The position numbers were made by a program, and so were the translations under genes. 64,000 bases of DNA, taken from assembly GCA_965226555.1 (NCBI GenBank), contig CBDDDG010000010.1:320001-384000 (forward strand). The letters are read 5' to 3'. The DNA is from Salinispira sp. (lineage in GTDB: Bacteria; Spirochaetota; Spirochaetia; DSM-27196; Salinispiraceae). A model generated the notes under the pieces. It worked only from the letters and a program-made list of their open reading frames with translations. It searched no databases and had not been told where the DNA came from. Below, one piece after another: positions 31,428 through 41,890 of this stretch (positions within the stretch are counted from its first letter, which is position 1; each line of letters begins with the position of its first letter).

Positions 31428-32171
31428 ATGCTTTTAAAAGGAAAAAAGGCGCTTATTACAGGTGGTTCCAGAGGAATAGGACGGGAAATTGTACTCGCCT
31501 TTCTGCGTGAAGGAGCTTCAGTATGGTATTTGGATATTATGGAGGGAGACTATCTCTCGGAATATCAGAATTTGGCAGCGCAGAACAGGGAAACAGCAGT
31601 ATACAGGGAATGTAACGTTGCCGATGAAGAAGCGGTAAAGCGGGTTATTGATGAGATTATTGAAGATGCGGGGTCTATTGATATCGCAGTAAACAATGCA
31701 GGCATAACCCGAGATACTCTAATGATGCGGATGACGTCTGAAAACTGGAAATCGGTACTGGATATTAATCTCTCCAGCGCCTTCTATATTTCCCGCGCGC
31801 TGTACCGTCACATGGCAAAGAACAAAAGCGGTTCCATTGTGAACATTGCGTCCATTGTCGGGATAATCGGCAACGGCGGCCAGACAAACTACTCTGCCAG
31901 TAAGGCAGGCCTTATCGGCATGACGAAAAGTATGGCGAGAGAAGTAGCAAGCCGCAATGTTCGGGTAAACGCAGTAGCTCCGGGTTTTATTGTAACTCCA
32001 ATGACTGACAAATTGAATGAAGAACAAAAACAGGCCCTCTATGATCAAATTCCCATGGGAAGGCTGGGCGATCCGGCTGAGGTGGCGCAGGTCGTGCTAT
32101 TTCTTGCATCAGATTTTTCATCGTACATAACAGGAGAGGTTATCAAGATCACCGGCGGATTGGGAATGTAA
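31428..32171 (+). CDS. fabG: 3-oxoacyl-ACP reductase
   Basis: TGGSRGIG, NNAGITRD, NYSASKAG, VAPGFI. Confidence 0.95.
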   Translation: MLLKGKKALITGGSRGIGREIVLAFLREGASVWYLDIMEGDYLSEYQNLAAQNRETAVYRECNVADEEAVKRVIDEIIEDAGSIDIAVNNAGITRDTLMMRMTSENWKSVLDINLSSAFYISRALYRHMAKNKSGSIVNIASIVGIIGNGGQTNYSASKAGLIGMTKSMAREVASRNVRVNAVAPGFIVTPMTDKLNEEQKQALYDQIPMGRLGDPAEVAQVVLFLASDFSSYITGEVIKITGGLGM

Positions 32172-32172
32172 C

Positions 32173-33414
32173 ATGCGAGTTGTCATTACGGGTATGGGCG
32201 CGGTAAGCGCATTGGGTCATAGCGCGGATGAGTTTTGGGCTGCAATTCGTTCGGGAAAGAGCGGAGTCGGTCCCATCACGTCTTTCGATACAAGCGACTA
32301 TACAACAAAGATTGCAGCTGAAGTAAAGAACATGGATCCGAGCGCATATCTTAATGGAAGCATTGCGAAAATTACCAGAAAATATGACCCCTTCACAATT
32401 TTTACTCTTATAAGCGCAAAAGAGGCATGGAATCAGGCAGGTTTGGAAAACAGGGTTGATCCCACCCGCGTCGGATGCATACTCGGCGTAGGAATAGGCG
32501 GACTCAGAACGGTTCATGAAAACGAATATACAATATATAACAGGGGGCCGCGGCGGGTTCATCCCTTGGCTGTTCCGAAGGCGATGGCAAACACCGCACC
32601 CGCCAGTGTTGCCATTGAGCTGAACGCTCAGGGACCCTCATACACAATATCTACCGCCTGCGCCTCCAGCACCGATGCCTTGGGGCATTCCATGTGGGCA
32701 ATTAGGAACGGTCTCTGCGATGTTGTTATTAGCGGCGGCGGTGAATCTCTCATATGCCCCCTGCCGATAGCCGCCTTTAATAGTCTCCATGCCCTCAGCA
32801 GCAGGTGGAATGATCAGCCCGAGAAAGCAAGCAGACCCTTCGACCGCGATCGGGACGGCTTTGTTATGGGAGAGGGTTCGGGAGTTCTCATTCTCGAAAG
32901 TCTGGAACATGCCCTGAAACGCGATGCCCGAATATACGGAGAAATTGTTGCCTACGGTTCCTCAACAGATGCCAACCACATTACCGCCCCTCATCCGGAA
33001 GGACGCGGCGCCATACAGGCAATACAGCATGCCCTCCAACAGGCAGATCTATCGCCTGAGTGTATTGATTATATTAATGCCCATGGAACATCCACGCCAA
33101 TTAATGATCCTATTGAAACATCTGCGGTAAAAAAAGTGTTTGGTGATCACGCGTATAATGTGAAAATTTCATCGAGCAAATCGATGACCGGACATTGCAT
33201 TGGGGCAGCGGGGGCGCTTGAAGCAATTGTTTGTACAATGGCAATACAGGATCAATTTTTTCCGCCAACAATAAATCAGGAAAACCCCGATCCTGCATGT
33301 GATCTTGATTATGTGCCGAATACGGGATATTCTGGTGAAATAAACTACGCGATGTCAAACAGTTTCGGCTTCGGCGGACACAATGCAATTGTTATTATAA
33401 AAAAATTCGTATAA
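32173..33414 (+). CDS. fabF: Beta-ketoacyl-ACP synthase II
   Basis: TACAS, SRPFDRDRDGFVMGEG, NAHGTST, SNSFGFGGHN. Confidence 0.95.
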   Translation: MRVVITGMGAVSALGHSADEFWAAIRSGKSGVGPITSFDTSDYTTKIAAEVKNMDPSAYLNGSIAKITRKYDPFTIFTLISAKEAWNQAGLENRVDPTRVGCILGVGIGGLRTVHENEYTIYNRGPRRVHPLAVPKAMANTAPASVAIELNAQGPSYTISTACASSTDALGHSMWAIRNGLCDVVISGGGESLICPLPIAAFNSLHALSSRWNDQPEKASRPFDRDRDGFVMGEGSGVLILESLEHALKRDARIYGEIVAYGSSTDANHITAPHPEGRGAIQAIQHALQQADLSPECIDYINAHGTSTPINDPIETSAVKKVFGDHAYNVKISSSKSMTGHCIGAAGALEAIVCTMAIQDQFFPPTINQENPDPACDLDYVPNTGYSGEINYAMSNSFGFGGHNAIVIIKKFV

Positions 33415-33492
33415 TGCGTATAAAAAGAGAAACGTGTGCATTTTTGCGGAATGCGCAACTTTCGAATACAAAGTTTTGCATCGGAGGCTTCC

Positions 33493-34137
33493 ATGAACGT
33501 ATACAGACCCACTGTTATATGTGTTGTTTTATTATTTTTTGCCTGTATCAATATGTATGCGGGCGGCGGCGGCGAGGATCATTCACAGCATGATCATGAG
33601 GATCATTCACAGCATGATCATGGGGATCATTCACAGCATGATCATGCTGAATCCGTCTCCGAAACCAGTGACAGTAATACCATAAAGATTCTGGATGATG
33701 GATTTAAAGAAATAACTGTCAATACCTTTGTATTTCGCTGGAGAATTGTCGGGCAAAATATTGAATTTACCATGTCGGCGCCGACAACGGGATGGGTGGC
33801 AGTTGGTTTCAAACCAAGCTTTATGATGAAAGATGCCGATTTCATCCTTGCCTATGTCCGAAACGGTGAGGTTTTTGCCTCCGATGAGTTCGGCACGGCA
33901 GGCACAAATCATCAGGCAGATACCCGCCTCGGCGGTGAAGATAGTATTACCGTTCTCGGTGGAAGAGAAGTTGATGAAGTAACGACCATTCAGATCCGCC
34001 GTCCTCTCGAGAGTTCCGATCCCTATGATCAGACACTCATACCGGGAGAAACTCTCAAAATAATTTTTGCATGGAGCGCCGCCGATAATTTCACAAGCAT
34101 ACACCGGAATCGCGGCAGCTTTGTGATAGAATTGTAA
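33493..34137 (+). CDS. DOMON-domain protein with His-rich N-terminal repeats
   Basis: Signal peptide; (DHSQHDHx)3; APTTGWVAVGF..MMKDAD. Confidence 0.8.
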   Translation: MNVYRPTVICVVLLFFACINMYAGGGGEDHSQHDHEDHSQHDHGDHSQHDHAESVSETSDSNTIKILDDGFKEITVNTFVFRWRIVGQNIEFTMSAPTTGWVAVGFKPSFMMKDADFILAYVRNGEVFASDEFGTAGTNHQADTRLGGEDSITVLGGREVDEVTTIQIRRPLESSDPYDQTLIPGETLKIIFAWSAADNFTSIHRNRGSFVIEL

Positions 34138-34139
34138 GT

Positions 34140-34595
34140 ATGAAAAGTAAGGACATATTAAAAAACGAACCGCTCCGTGCTTTCCTGCAAACATTCAAGG
34201 GAACGGCAGCCCTTCTCTTCCTGATCAGTATTGTTACCGCAATCATATCCCTTGTGACCCCTTCCCGGGTTATTATCGGGACGGTAGTCGATTTCGAAAC
34301 AATTCAAAATTCTATTCCCTTTGTTTCTGAAGACAGCGGATTAATGTATTATCCGATTATTCAATACGAAGAGAACTCGGTGTTTGAGGCGCACATTTCA
34401 CGGGTGCCATCGCGGGAGCGCTATGCTATTGGCGATCCGGTGGAACTTCGCATAACCGAAGGTGGGAGTGTGTATATTAATAGCGTATGGGGACGATGGG
34501 GACTTCCGATTGTCTTTGCCGGTATTTCGTTGATCTTTGCTGCCTGCGCGTTTGCGCTGGCTAACATCGGGAAGGGACGCACCGCCCGGACCTGA
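34140..34595 (+). CDS. DUF3592-like membrane protein
   Basis: TM-GTVV..YYPIIQY..YAIGDPV-TM layout. Confidence 0.6.
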   Translation: MKSKDILKNEPLRAFLQTFKGTAALLFLISIVTAIISLVTPSRVIIGTVVDFETIQNSIPFVSEDSGLMYYPIIQYEENSVFEAHISRVPSRERYAIGDPVELRITEGGSVYINSVWGRWGLPIVFAGISLIFAACAFALANIGKGRTART

Positions 34596-34639
34596 GATGA
34601 TCCGGTAAATTGAATCTGTTGAATCAGCTGATATATTGA

Positions 34640-35035
34640 TCAGCGTTTTGAGAACTGAAAGCGTCTTCGGGCGCCGCGTCGGCCGTACTTCTTCCGTTCG
34701 ACCATTCTATCATCGCGGGTTGTAAATTTATTTGCATGGAGCACCTTATAGTTTGACTCATCGCAGGCAGCAAGCGCGCGGGCAATTCCAAGTCGTATTG
34801 CGCCGGCCTGACCGCTTTTTCCACCGCCTTTTACCCGTACCACAATATTATAGTTACTGTCGGTTACATCAAGCGGCTGATTAATAATAAATCGGAGCTC
34901 TTCACTGACAAAATAGTCGTCAATTGCTTTGCCATTGACATGAATGGCATTATTTTTTCCTTCCCGAAGATATACACGGGCGACTGATGTTTTTCTTCTT
35001 CCTGTTCCAATTGCAAGATTAGTTTTATCTACCAC
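34640..35035 (-). CDS. rpsI: 30S ribosomal protein S9
   Basis: GTGRRKTSVARV, GGGKSGQAGA, QFSKR. Confidence 0.97.
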   Translation of the reverse strand: MVDKTNLAIGTGRRKTSVARVYLREGKNNAIHVNGKAIDDYFVSEELRFIINQPLDVTDSNYNIVVRVKGGGKSGQAGAIRLGIARALAACDESNYKVLHANKFTTRDDRMVERKKYGRRGARRRFQFSKR

Positions 35036-35066
35036 TGCTATTTCCTTAATATCCTCGTTTCACCTG

Positions 35067-35495
35067 TCAGAATTCAAGCATGGTCGGGTTTTGCGACACA
35101 TGGGGATGTTCCGAACCGGCATACACCTTCAAATTCGTAAAAAGCTTTCTTCCAAGACGGTTCCGCGGAAGCATTCCTCGAACGGCCTTTTCCAATGGAT
35201 CGCAGGGTTTTTTTGCTAAAAGCTCGGAAAGCGTCCGTTCTTTGAGGCTCCCCAGATATCCACTGTGCCGGTAATATTTCTTATTTTCAAGCTTGTTTCC
35301 GGTTACAACAATTTTATCGGCATTGATCACAACAATGTAATCGCCGCATTCCTGATGCGGAGTATACCATGCTTTGTTTTTCCCGCGAAGCATATATGCA
35401 ACCTTTGAAGCAAGCCTTCCAAGAGTTTTGCCTTCGGCATCAATTACATACCAACTTCTCTCAAAATCAAGCGGTTTTACGAATATCGTCTTCAT
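35067..35495 (-). CDS. rplM: 50S ribosomal protein L13
   Basis: WYVIDA..LGRLAS, YTPH..GD, AVRGMLP. Confidence 0.97.
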   Translation of the reverse strand: MKTIFVKPLDFERSWYVIDAEGKTLGRLASKVAYMLRGKNKAWYTPHQECGDYIVVINADKIVVTGNKLENKKYYRHSGYLGSLKERTLSELLAKKPCDPLEKAVRGMLPRNRLGRKLFTNLKVYAGSEHPHVSQNPTMLEF

Positions 35496-35734
35496 TTTTC
35501 GGCCTTATCCGCCGATTCTTTTTGCTCTTCCGCTTCTTCCCGTTTTGCTTCAATACGGTCTTTGATATCCGCAATACCAATAAACACGGAAATTAAACCG
35601 ATAAAAAGCGCACCTACCGGAATACCGCCCTGAAGAACAACAATAACCTGATCGAGCCAACTGAGCCACAAACCGGGCCAAACCGATACAACGGAAAATG
35701 TAATAAACACAATTCCTATAAGCAATGCTATCAT
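35492..35734 (-). CDS. Small membrane hypothetical protein
   Basis: Two TM segments, GGAGG SD, overlaps rplM start. Confidence 0.7.
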   Translation of the reverse strand: MIALLIGIVFITFSVVSVWPGLWLSWLDQVIVVLQGGIPVGALFIGLISVFIGIADIKDRIEAKREEAEEQKESADKAEK

Positions 35735-35833
35735 AAAACCTCCAATATGATTCTTATCATCTACATTACATCATTAACAGCATTAGTAAACGCCGCTACA
35801 AGGCATTACCATATCATATACTGTTTCAGAAAG

Positions 35834-36124
35834 TCAAGTTTTTCGCGCAATCATAATACATAATGCCAAAGTAAGAAAGACACTTGCTATGTTTTCCCCG
35901 ATCGCCCGAAGAATGATTCCTATTTCGGAAATATTGACATCGGTACGTATGATGCCGAATAACTCTAAGGATTCCAGCAGCACACGGACATAGTTCAGAA
36001 TAACAGCAATGATAATAAGAAACCAGACGGTATCTCGTGTTTTTGGCCAGAGAATAATGGCAGCCAAGGTGGAAATAACGCCGGTAATGAGCTGTATCAG
36101 CATGAGGATGACTGGATCGTTCAT
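35834..36124 (-). CDS. Small membrane hypothetical protein
   Basis: Three hydrophobic segments; ATGA coupling with the upstream gene. Confidence 0.65.
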   Translation of the reverse strand: MNDPVILMLIQLITGVISTLAAIILWPKTRDTVWFLIIIAVILNYVRVLLESLELFGIIRTDVNISEIGIILRAIGENIASVFLTLALCIMIARKT

Positions 36125-37056
36125 ATTTTTTCTCCTCCCAGTTTTTCGGGTGCCAGTTTTTCTGCCTGTTTTTCTGCCCGAGCAAAAAAGGACAGTAGTT
36201 GCCGCTCTTCACCATAGGAAGCGAGAGACGGTAAAATAATGAGCTGATCGGCAGTTTCCGGCAGCTTGAGTTCCCGATATTCTGCTCTCAGAGTTCCCCA
36301 GAACGTACCGGAAATATGATCTGCCGTATTTCTCATAATGTCCTTCACATACACATAGGGACCTGTTCTCTCCCAGATTGCGGATTTTTCGGGGAAAAAT
36401 CGTCTCCATTGTTCCTCGCGGAAATGATGACGGGTAATTCCAAGCGATTCACGATGTTTTTTCGGCTGATGTTCCATTTTCGCGACACTCCCAAATCTCC
36501 CATACTGCTGCGCCCGTTGCAGAAGATCTATTACATGATACATGCCATGGAGGAATATTGGAGAGCATAACGGAAAATTGCGCGGCTGAAAAGAGGCATC
36601 ATGCTTATAAAGTATCGCTTGGGGGGTAGTATAACCGGGTTGGGGTATAATGGGAATGATGATATCTGCTTCATCCGCATTTTGCCCGGAAAAGGGACGC
36701 CAGAGGGACATCTTTTTTCTTCCATTGCAATACATGGCAGTATAGTCAAACTGTGAGAAGGCTCGCTCATTGAATGAAAGGCCTATTTCCGCTTTCAGAA
36801 CCCTGAGCGCCTGTTCCCGATTGGGGAGAACCACGGCATGGAAACCCGGGAAATAGTCCCTAAGAAGCCGGACAACTCGGGCATGAATAGCTCCAGGGAG
36901 GGCAGTATGGAGTCCGCGGGATATTGTATTTTTATAGTTTGTGCTCAGTCCCCGAGGATTGTGTCCGAGAAGGCAGCGCCCGCCGTCCAGTTCCACATCA
37001 AGAACCCTGCCGCCGCCATGATACAAACGATAATTTCGAGCCCGTGTATAGTTCAT
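36121..37056 (-). CDS. Hypothetical protein with aminotransferase class-III-like N-terminus
   Basis: RARNYRLY...LD..GGRCLLGH; no PLP-lysine motif recognised. Confidence 0.6.
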   Translation of the reverse strand: MNYTRARNYRLYHGGGRVLDVELDGGRCLLGHNPRGLSTNYKNTISRGLHTALPGAIHARVVRLLRDYFPGFHAVVLPNREQALRVLKAEIGLSFNERAFSQFDYTAMYCNGRKKMSLWRPFSGQNADEADIIIPIIPQPGYTTPQAILYKHDASFQPRNFPLCSPIFLHGMYHVIDLLQRAQQYGRFGSVAKMEHQPKKHRESLGITRHHFREEQWRRFFPEKSAIWERTGPYVYVKDIMRNTADHISGTFWGTLRAEYRELKLPETADQLIILPSLASYGEERQLLSFFARAEKQAEKLAPEKLGGEKI

Positions 37057-37086
37057 ATTGTGGTGAGTGTATCAGAAATTTTTGTA

Positions 37087-39237
37087 TCAGTCGCTGCTTA
37101 TTTTTTCAATTGGACTGTAGCGGGGAAGAAATTGACCCGTTCTTCCCGATTCAAAACGCACATGAATAATTTCATCGGTACCATTATAACTGCTCTTTAT
37201 AACCTCTCCCGATCCATAATCATCATGATACACGAGCTGCCCGGGAGAATATTCGCAGCCCGCATTCTTCTCGCCGACACTCATACCGCCCGTATTCTCA
37301 CTGACGGAAGCAGTTGTCCACTGTGACCAGGGATCATCCAAGCTCTGCTGAATATCGGGGGTATTGCCGAAGTATTCAATGAGTTCATCATCAATCTCAT
37401 TAATGAATATCGATGGCTCCAAAAATTTCATCCGCCCGTGAACCCGCCGGGAAGCGCAGCAGGTAATATGTAATTCGTTGCGGGCGCGGGTAATTGCCAC
37501 ATAAAACAAACGCCGCTCATCCTCAAGCTCCTCCGTATTTTTGTCGCGGGGAAAAATGCCGTCTTCAAGTCCGGTAATGATAACCCGGTCAAATTCCAGC
37601 CCCTTTGTATTATGCATTGTTATGAGGGTAACCTGAGCATCAATATCGTTCTGCTCGCGGGCGCCCTCAAGCTCCCACGATTCCAGAAATGCGCTCAAAC
37701 CGCTGCCGGTGGACATGTATATACTGGCGGCATTTATGAGTTCCTCCAGATTCTGAAGTCTGGCAGTTCCGGCAATTTCATCTCTCTCCATATAAAATTC
37801 CGGCAGACCGCTCTGTTCGAGCAATTTTTCAATAAAATTGCCGAGGTGCCCCTGTGTTTCCTCACATAAGGATTCAGCCCGCAGCATGAGTCTGGCAAAG
37901 GCGCTGAGTCCCAATGCCGATTTTCCAGATAGTATGGAGGCGGCGCGCTCCGATGCCTGAATGAAATTTCCGGATAGCGATGGGGCGTACGCGAGCACCT
38001 TTTCTATTGTTGCAGGGCCCACGCCTCGCGCGGGCTTGTTCACAATGCGGGTGAAGGAGACCTCGTCCTTGGGGTTTACCATGAGCTTCAGCAATGCAAT
38101 AGCATCCTTTACTTCTTCACGTTCATGGAAACGAAGGGTTCCGATAATTTTATAGGGAATTTCCTCCCGCAGAAAATGGGCTTCAAAGGGCCGACTCTGG
38201 GCATTGGTACGGAAAAGAATTGCAATTTCTCCGGGGGTAGTGTCGCGGATTATACGGGTTATGTAATCAATTTCGGCATTCTGGTTACTGAGACGGGCAA
38301 CAACGGGGAGGTTCCCCCCCTCCCGCCGTGTCCAGAGGTTCTTACCCAGCCGTTCGCGGTTCCTGCGGACAACATTGCCCGCAAGGCGGAGTATGGGGTT
38401 TGTGCTTCGGTAGTTCTCTTCCAGTTTTATAATGTCGGCATTTCCAAACTGCCGGGGAAAATCGAGAATGTTGCGTACTTCGGCTCCCCGGAAACGGTAA
38501 ATGGACTGATCATCATCGCCTACCACACATATGGAAGAATTTTTACCATAGAGTTCCCTGAGCAAATTGTACTGGGCCACATTTGAGTCCTGATACTCAT
38601 CAACAAAGATAACCGAGAAGCGTTCGCGAATACGTTCCGCAATAATCGGTTCATTTTGTAACAATTCAATGGGACGGAGGATGAGGTCGCCGAAATCAAC
38701 ATTACCAATGTCTCTGAGGCGTTTTTCATAGGTGTCGTATACTTCGGGAAGTTCGGGATCGCTGCTGATGAGGCTGAGTTCGCCGTTCGGCGCAATGCAG
38801 TTATCCTTTGCCCGGCTAATGAGCTGAGCCCACTTTCGTATATGATTGCGGGGCTGATCGGGATAGAGATGCGCAAGAAGCGCGATGCTGTCATCGTCAT
38901 CGTAGATGGTAAAGGTATCGCTCAGATCAAGGAGCCGACTATTCCGCCTGAGAAGCCATGCGCCAAAACTGTGAAATGTGCGGATAACAACTTTTTCAGC
39001 CGATGCGCTGAGTGATTCGGCGCGTTCCCGCATTTCCCGCGCCGCTTTATTGGTAAAGGTTACTGCCAATATGGAACGGGGATCCATATTCTGTTTTTCA
39101 ATAGACCATGCAATTTTGACCGTTATAACCCGGGTTTTACCGGAACCAGCACCAGCGAGAATGAGTAATGATCCATAGTTGTGAAGAACTGCTCTGCGCT
39201 GTTCTTCATTAAGTAGTTCAAGAACATCATCAATCAT
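37087..39237 (-). CDS. pcrA: ATP-dependent DNA helicase UvrD/PcrA
   Basis: AGAGSGKT, TFHSF, VDEYQD, VGDDDQSIYRFRGA, KGLEF, ERRLFYVAITRA. Confidence 0.93.
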   Translation of the reverse strand: MIDDVLELLNEEQRRAVLHNYGSLLILAGAGSGKTRVITVKIAWSIEKQNMDPRSILAVTFTNKAAREMRERAESLSASAEKVVIRTFHSFGAWLLRRNSRLLDLSDTFTIYDDDDSIALLAHLYPDQPRNHIRKWAQLISRAKDNCIAPNGELSLISSDPELPEVYDTYEKRLRDIGNVDFGDLILRPIELLQNEPIIAERIRERFSVIFVDEYQDSNVAQYNLLRELYGKNSSICVVGDDDQSIYRFRGAEVRNILDFPRQFGNADIIKLEENYRSTNPILRLAGNVVRRNRERLGKNLWTRREGGNLPVVARLSNQNAEIDYITRIIRDTTPGEIAILFRTNAQSRPFEAHFLREEIPYKIIGTLRFHEREEVKDAIALLKLMVNPKDEVSFTRIVNKPARGVGPATIEKVLAYAPSLSGNFIQASERAASILSGKSALGLSAFARLMLRAESLCEETQGHLGNFIEKLLEQSGLPEFYMERDEIAGTARLQNLEELINAASIYMSTGSGLSAFLESWELEGAREQNDIDAQVTLITMHNTKGLEFDRVIITGLEDGIFPRDKNTEELEDERRLFYVAITRARNELHITCCASRRVHGRMKFLEPSIFINEIDDELIEYFGNTPDIQQSLDDPWSQWTTASVSENTGGMSVGEKNAGCEYSPGQLVYHDDYGSGEVIKSSYNGTDEIIHVRFESGRTGQFLPRYSPIEKISSD

Positions 39238-39293
39238 GAATATCGTCTGTGAGAAACCTTATAGAAACCTTATCTATGCAAAATTGTGTTATA

Positions 39294-39641
39294 TTATCCC
39301 GGCGGCCATTTCATTGAACGACCTCCGAGAATATGCGCATGAATATAATCAACGGTCTGACCGCCGTCGTTGCCGGTATTAAAAACCACCCGGTACCCAT
39401 GCTCAGCCAGTCCAAGATGTTCGGCAGTGTCTCGTATGCCCCTCATAAACGCAGACAACTGTTTTTCACTCCATGAATGAATGTTGTGTATATTTCGAAT
39501 TTTCTTACGCGGAATAACCAGCACATGCACCGGCGCCTTCGGATTAACATCGTGAAATGCCAGAAAATCCTCACCCTCCAGCACAATGTCGGCGGGAACT
39601 TCACCATCAAGAATTTTCTCAAATATTGTTCGATCTGACAT
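39294..39641 (-). CDS. HIT family protein (HINT-like)
   Basis: PKAPVHVLVIP, GGQTVDYIHAHILGGR, WPPG. Confidence 0.92.
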   Translation of the reverse strand: MSDRTIFEKILDGEVPADIVLEGEDFLAFHDVNPKAPVHVLVIPRKKIRNIHNIHSWSEKQLSAFMRGIRDTAEHLGLAEHGYRVVFNTGNDGGQTVDYIHAHILGGRSMKWPPG

Positions 39642-39667
39642 ATGTCCTCCCAAAAATTTTTCGTTCA

Positions 39668-39709
39668 GAGATTTTTGCTACTGAAAATTGTGCTCTGTAC
39701 AATTTCCCA
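39668..39709 (+). repeat. Dispersed hairpin repeat, degenerate copy 3
   Basis: TTTTGCTACTGAAAATTGTGC-TCT-GTACAATTTCCCA; right arm truncated. Confidence 0.6.
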
Positions 39710-39713
39710 CTTA

Positions 39714-40760
39714 TCAATACAATGGCATAAGCTCAAGCACATTCCCGCTTTTCGCAATCTGATATGCTCCTACTGCTCCATCCCGTCCGAGCCGAAGATC
39801 CTGCCCGCTCACAGTGAAGGCAAGTTTACCGGCATTTGATACCCAGATATACAGATAATTTTCCACTTCAAGTTCGAGACGATCGCCGTTATTATAAAAC
39901 TGTTCTACCCGTTCACCATCTTCATTGAGATAACGGAAAAATACCGCTCCCCGAAAAATTGCCTCAATAAAAAATGTTCCCGGCTCGGAGAGGGTTATAA
40001 TTTCCTGCGCCGACTTTTTCCGGCTCAATTCACGGGTAATTCCCGGACGTATCGGACCTTCAGTCTCCACTGAATCCTGGGCAAAAATGCCGGCAATAAT
40101 TCTGTCCATTCTGAGCACCGGATTACCGTTATCCGACAGGGTTTTGTACACAACACGAAGATCTGATCTTAAATCATCATCAAGATCAACAAATTCCACA
40201 TCGTTCGGTTCAAGCTGAACGGAGCCCTCGTTAACATAGAGATTGAGGGGATCAGTAATTTCACGCAATTCTATTTCGTAGATCTGTTCATCCTGACTTA
40301 CCTGAATGCGGCTCCATGCAGTAAATTCCCGCTCAAGTATATCCGATGTAAATGTAATGGTTTGAAATGAAGGAAGTTCGGCAAGCGGAGCAGGTTTCGG
40401 CAGATTCAGGATAATTACTACCGTAATGGCAGTTACTATACACATCACTCCCATTATGCTAATCGCCATTACCCGGCGCCGCTGTGAACTCCGGTCCAAC
40501 AATTCAACAACCGGACTCTGCTGCTCCTGAATGGTAGTATTCTTGAACAGTTCCGCCATTTCATCTGCATTAATATCAAGATACTTGCTGTATTTCCGCA
40601 GAAAACCAAGAAGATAACTCTCTCCGGGGAATATATCAAAATATTCATTCTCCAGCGCTTCAATAAATCGCTGTGAAATATATGTTTCTCTGGCAGCCTG
40701 CTCGCGGCTCAGGTTTCTTTCCTGCCGGGCATGTATCAGTCTTTCTCCAATTGATTCCAC
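39714..40760 (-). CDS. rodZ: RodZ-like HTH membrane protein
   Basis: IGERL..AR, ET.IS.RFIEALENE, YLLGFLRKY; TM; C-terminal WVSNAG. Confidence 0.8.
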   Translation of the reverse strand: MESIGERLIHARQERNLSREQAARETYISQRFIEALENEYFDIFPGESYLLGFLRKYSKYLDINADEMAELFKNTTIQEQQSPVVELLDRSSQRRRVMAISIMGVMCIVTAITVVIILNLPKPAPLAELPSFQTITFTSDILEREFTAWSRIQVSQDEQIYEIELREITDPLNLYVNEGSVQLEPNDVEFVDLDDDLRSDLRVVYKTLSDNGNPVLRMDRIIAGIFAQDSVETEGPIRPGITRELSRKKSAQEIITLSEPGTFFIEAIFRGAVFFRYLNEDGERVEQFYNNGDRLELEVENYLYIWVSNAGKLAFTVSGQDLRLGRDGAVGAYQIAKSGNVLELMPLY

Positions 40761-40761
40761 T

Positions 40762-41454
40762 TTACTCGCTCCCGTACAGAAAATTGTCAAAATTATTTGA
40801 TGATGGAGGTGAATCGTATTCGAATCGGGTATCGGGAATACCCTGATTAATCTGAAAACTGTTGAAGCTCACGACAATTCTCCGATAATCACTCGTAATA
40901 GCTGTCATCCGTCTGATAAATAAATCCTGACTTATATCCATTTCAATTTCCCGAAAACCCTGGGCGGTATTGCGCCAAGCGAGAAAAAGCTTGTACACAC
41001 GTATTGAGCTGTTTTCATCCGACATTGGCTGAAGTTCAGGAGTATCTTTGAATGCGATCTGATAATTGCGCCGCAAAAGCTGCAAGCCCCTTCCCGTTGC
41101 AAATCCGCCGGGGTTTTCCTGATCCTGGAGGCGCTGGATGAGGGTGACATTGTAATCGGGAATGTAGACCTGTATGATTTCCCCATCTGAAACTATTACC
41201 TGCTCCTCTGGAACGGTGAAATTAATTCTGAGGAGATTCGGATTTTTGTAATACACAACACCCGACATACTGTCATCGCCTATCTGAATAGTGATATCGG
41301 CAATGTAGTCCTGAATTCTGTTATAGTTTGATGCGACAGTGTCAAAAAAATCGATGCCGGTAACAATTTCCTGAGCATACAGGGGGGTAATGAGGAAAAG
41401 AAACAATGGAAGCACTGTTTTATATAGATGTCCGGTAAAATTACAATGGCGCAT
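40762..41454 (-). CDS. lolA: LolA-family lipoprotein carrier
   Basis: YKNPNLLRINFTVPEEQVIVSDG; signal peptide; next to rodZ. Confidence 0.8.
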   Translation of the reverse strand: MRHCNFTGHLYKTVLPLFLFLITPLYAQEIVTGIDFFDTVASNYNRIQDYIADITIQIGDDSMSGVVYYKNPNLLRINFTVPEEQVIVSDGEIIQVYIPDYNVTLIQRLQDQENPGGFATGRGLQLLRRNYQIAFKDTPELQPMSDENSSIRVYKLFLAWRNTAQGFREIEMDISQDLFIRRMTAITSDYRRIVVSFNSFQINQGIPDTRFEYDSPPSSNNFDNFLYGSE

Positions 41455-41503
41455 ATCAGATCATACTATCTACTGAATGGGGGAATTGTCAACGTCCCAT
41501 TCG

Positions 41504-41797
41504 TTAAATATTGATAACCCCATCGCCTTTGTCGCGGGAAATACCATAAAGACGGCGAAGGTTGTCCTCATCCAGTTTCTCATTAAAATCTTCATGAAAC
41601 CGCATGGTCAATTCCTCAAAATCGACATGTTCCCCATTTTCGAGAGCATAGATGGCGGAAGCTGCCGCTGCTTTCAGCAGGCCCTGTTCGTAGAGTTGAA
41701 TGGTATTGAGTCTGCCGTATTTTGCCCGAAGCTTTTTATCGACAATGGCATTACTTCCCTTGTACCCTATAGTAAACACAAAATTTTCTCTCTGCAT
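41504..41797 (-). CDS. Hypothetical protein
   Basis: Clean ORF (FTIGYKG..) with AAGGTG upstream. Confidence 0.6.
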   Translation of the reverse strand: MQRENFVFTIGYKGSNAIVDKKLRAKYGRLNTIQLYEQGLLKAAAASAIYALENGEHVDFEELTMRFHEDFNEKLDEDNLRRLYGISRDKGDGVINI

Positions 41798-41809
41798 TAT
41801 GTACACCTT

Positions 41810-41862
41810 GAAAGTTTTGCATTGGAAAATTGTGCTTGCACAATTTCCAGTAGCAAAACTTC
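41810..41862 (-). repeat. Dispersed hairpin repeat, copy 4
   Basis: Reverse complement of the copy-1 core with AAG/CTT closing pairs. Confidence 0.9.
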
Positions 41863-41890
41863 TATAAAATAGTTACTGGGGGCTATGAAA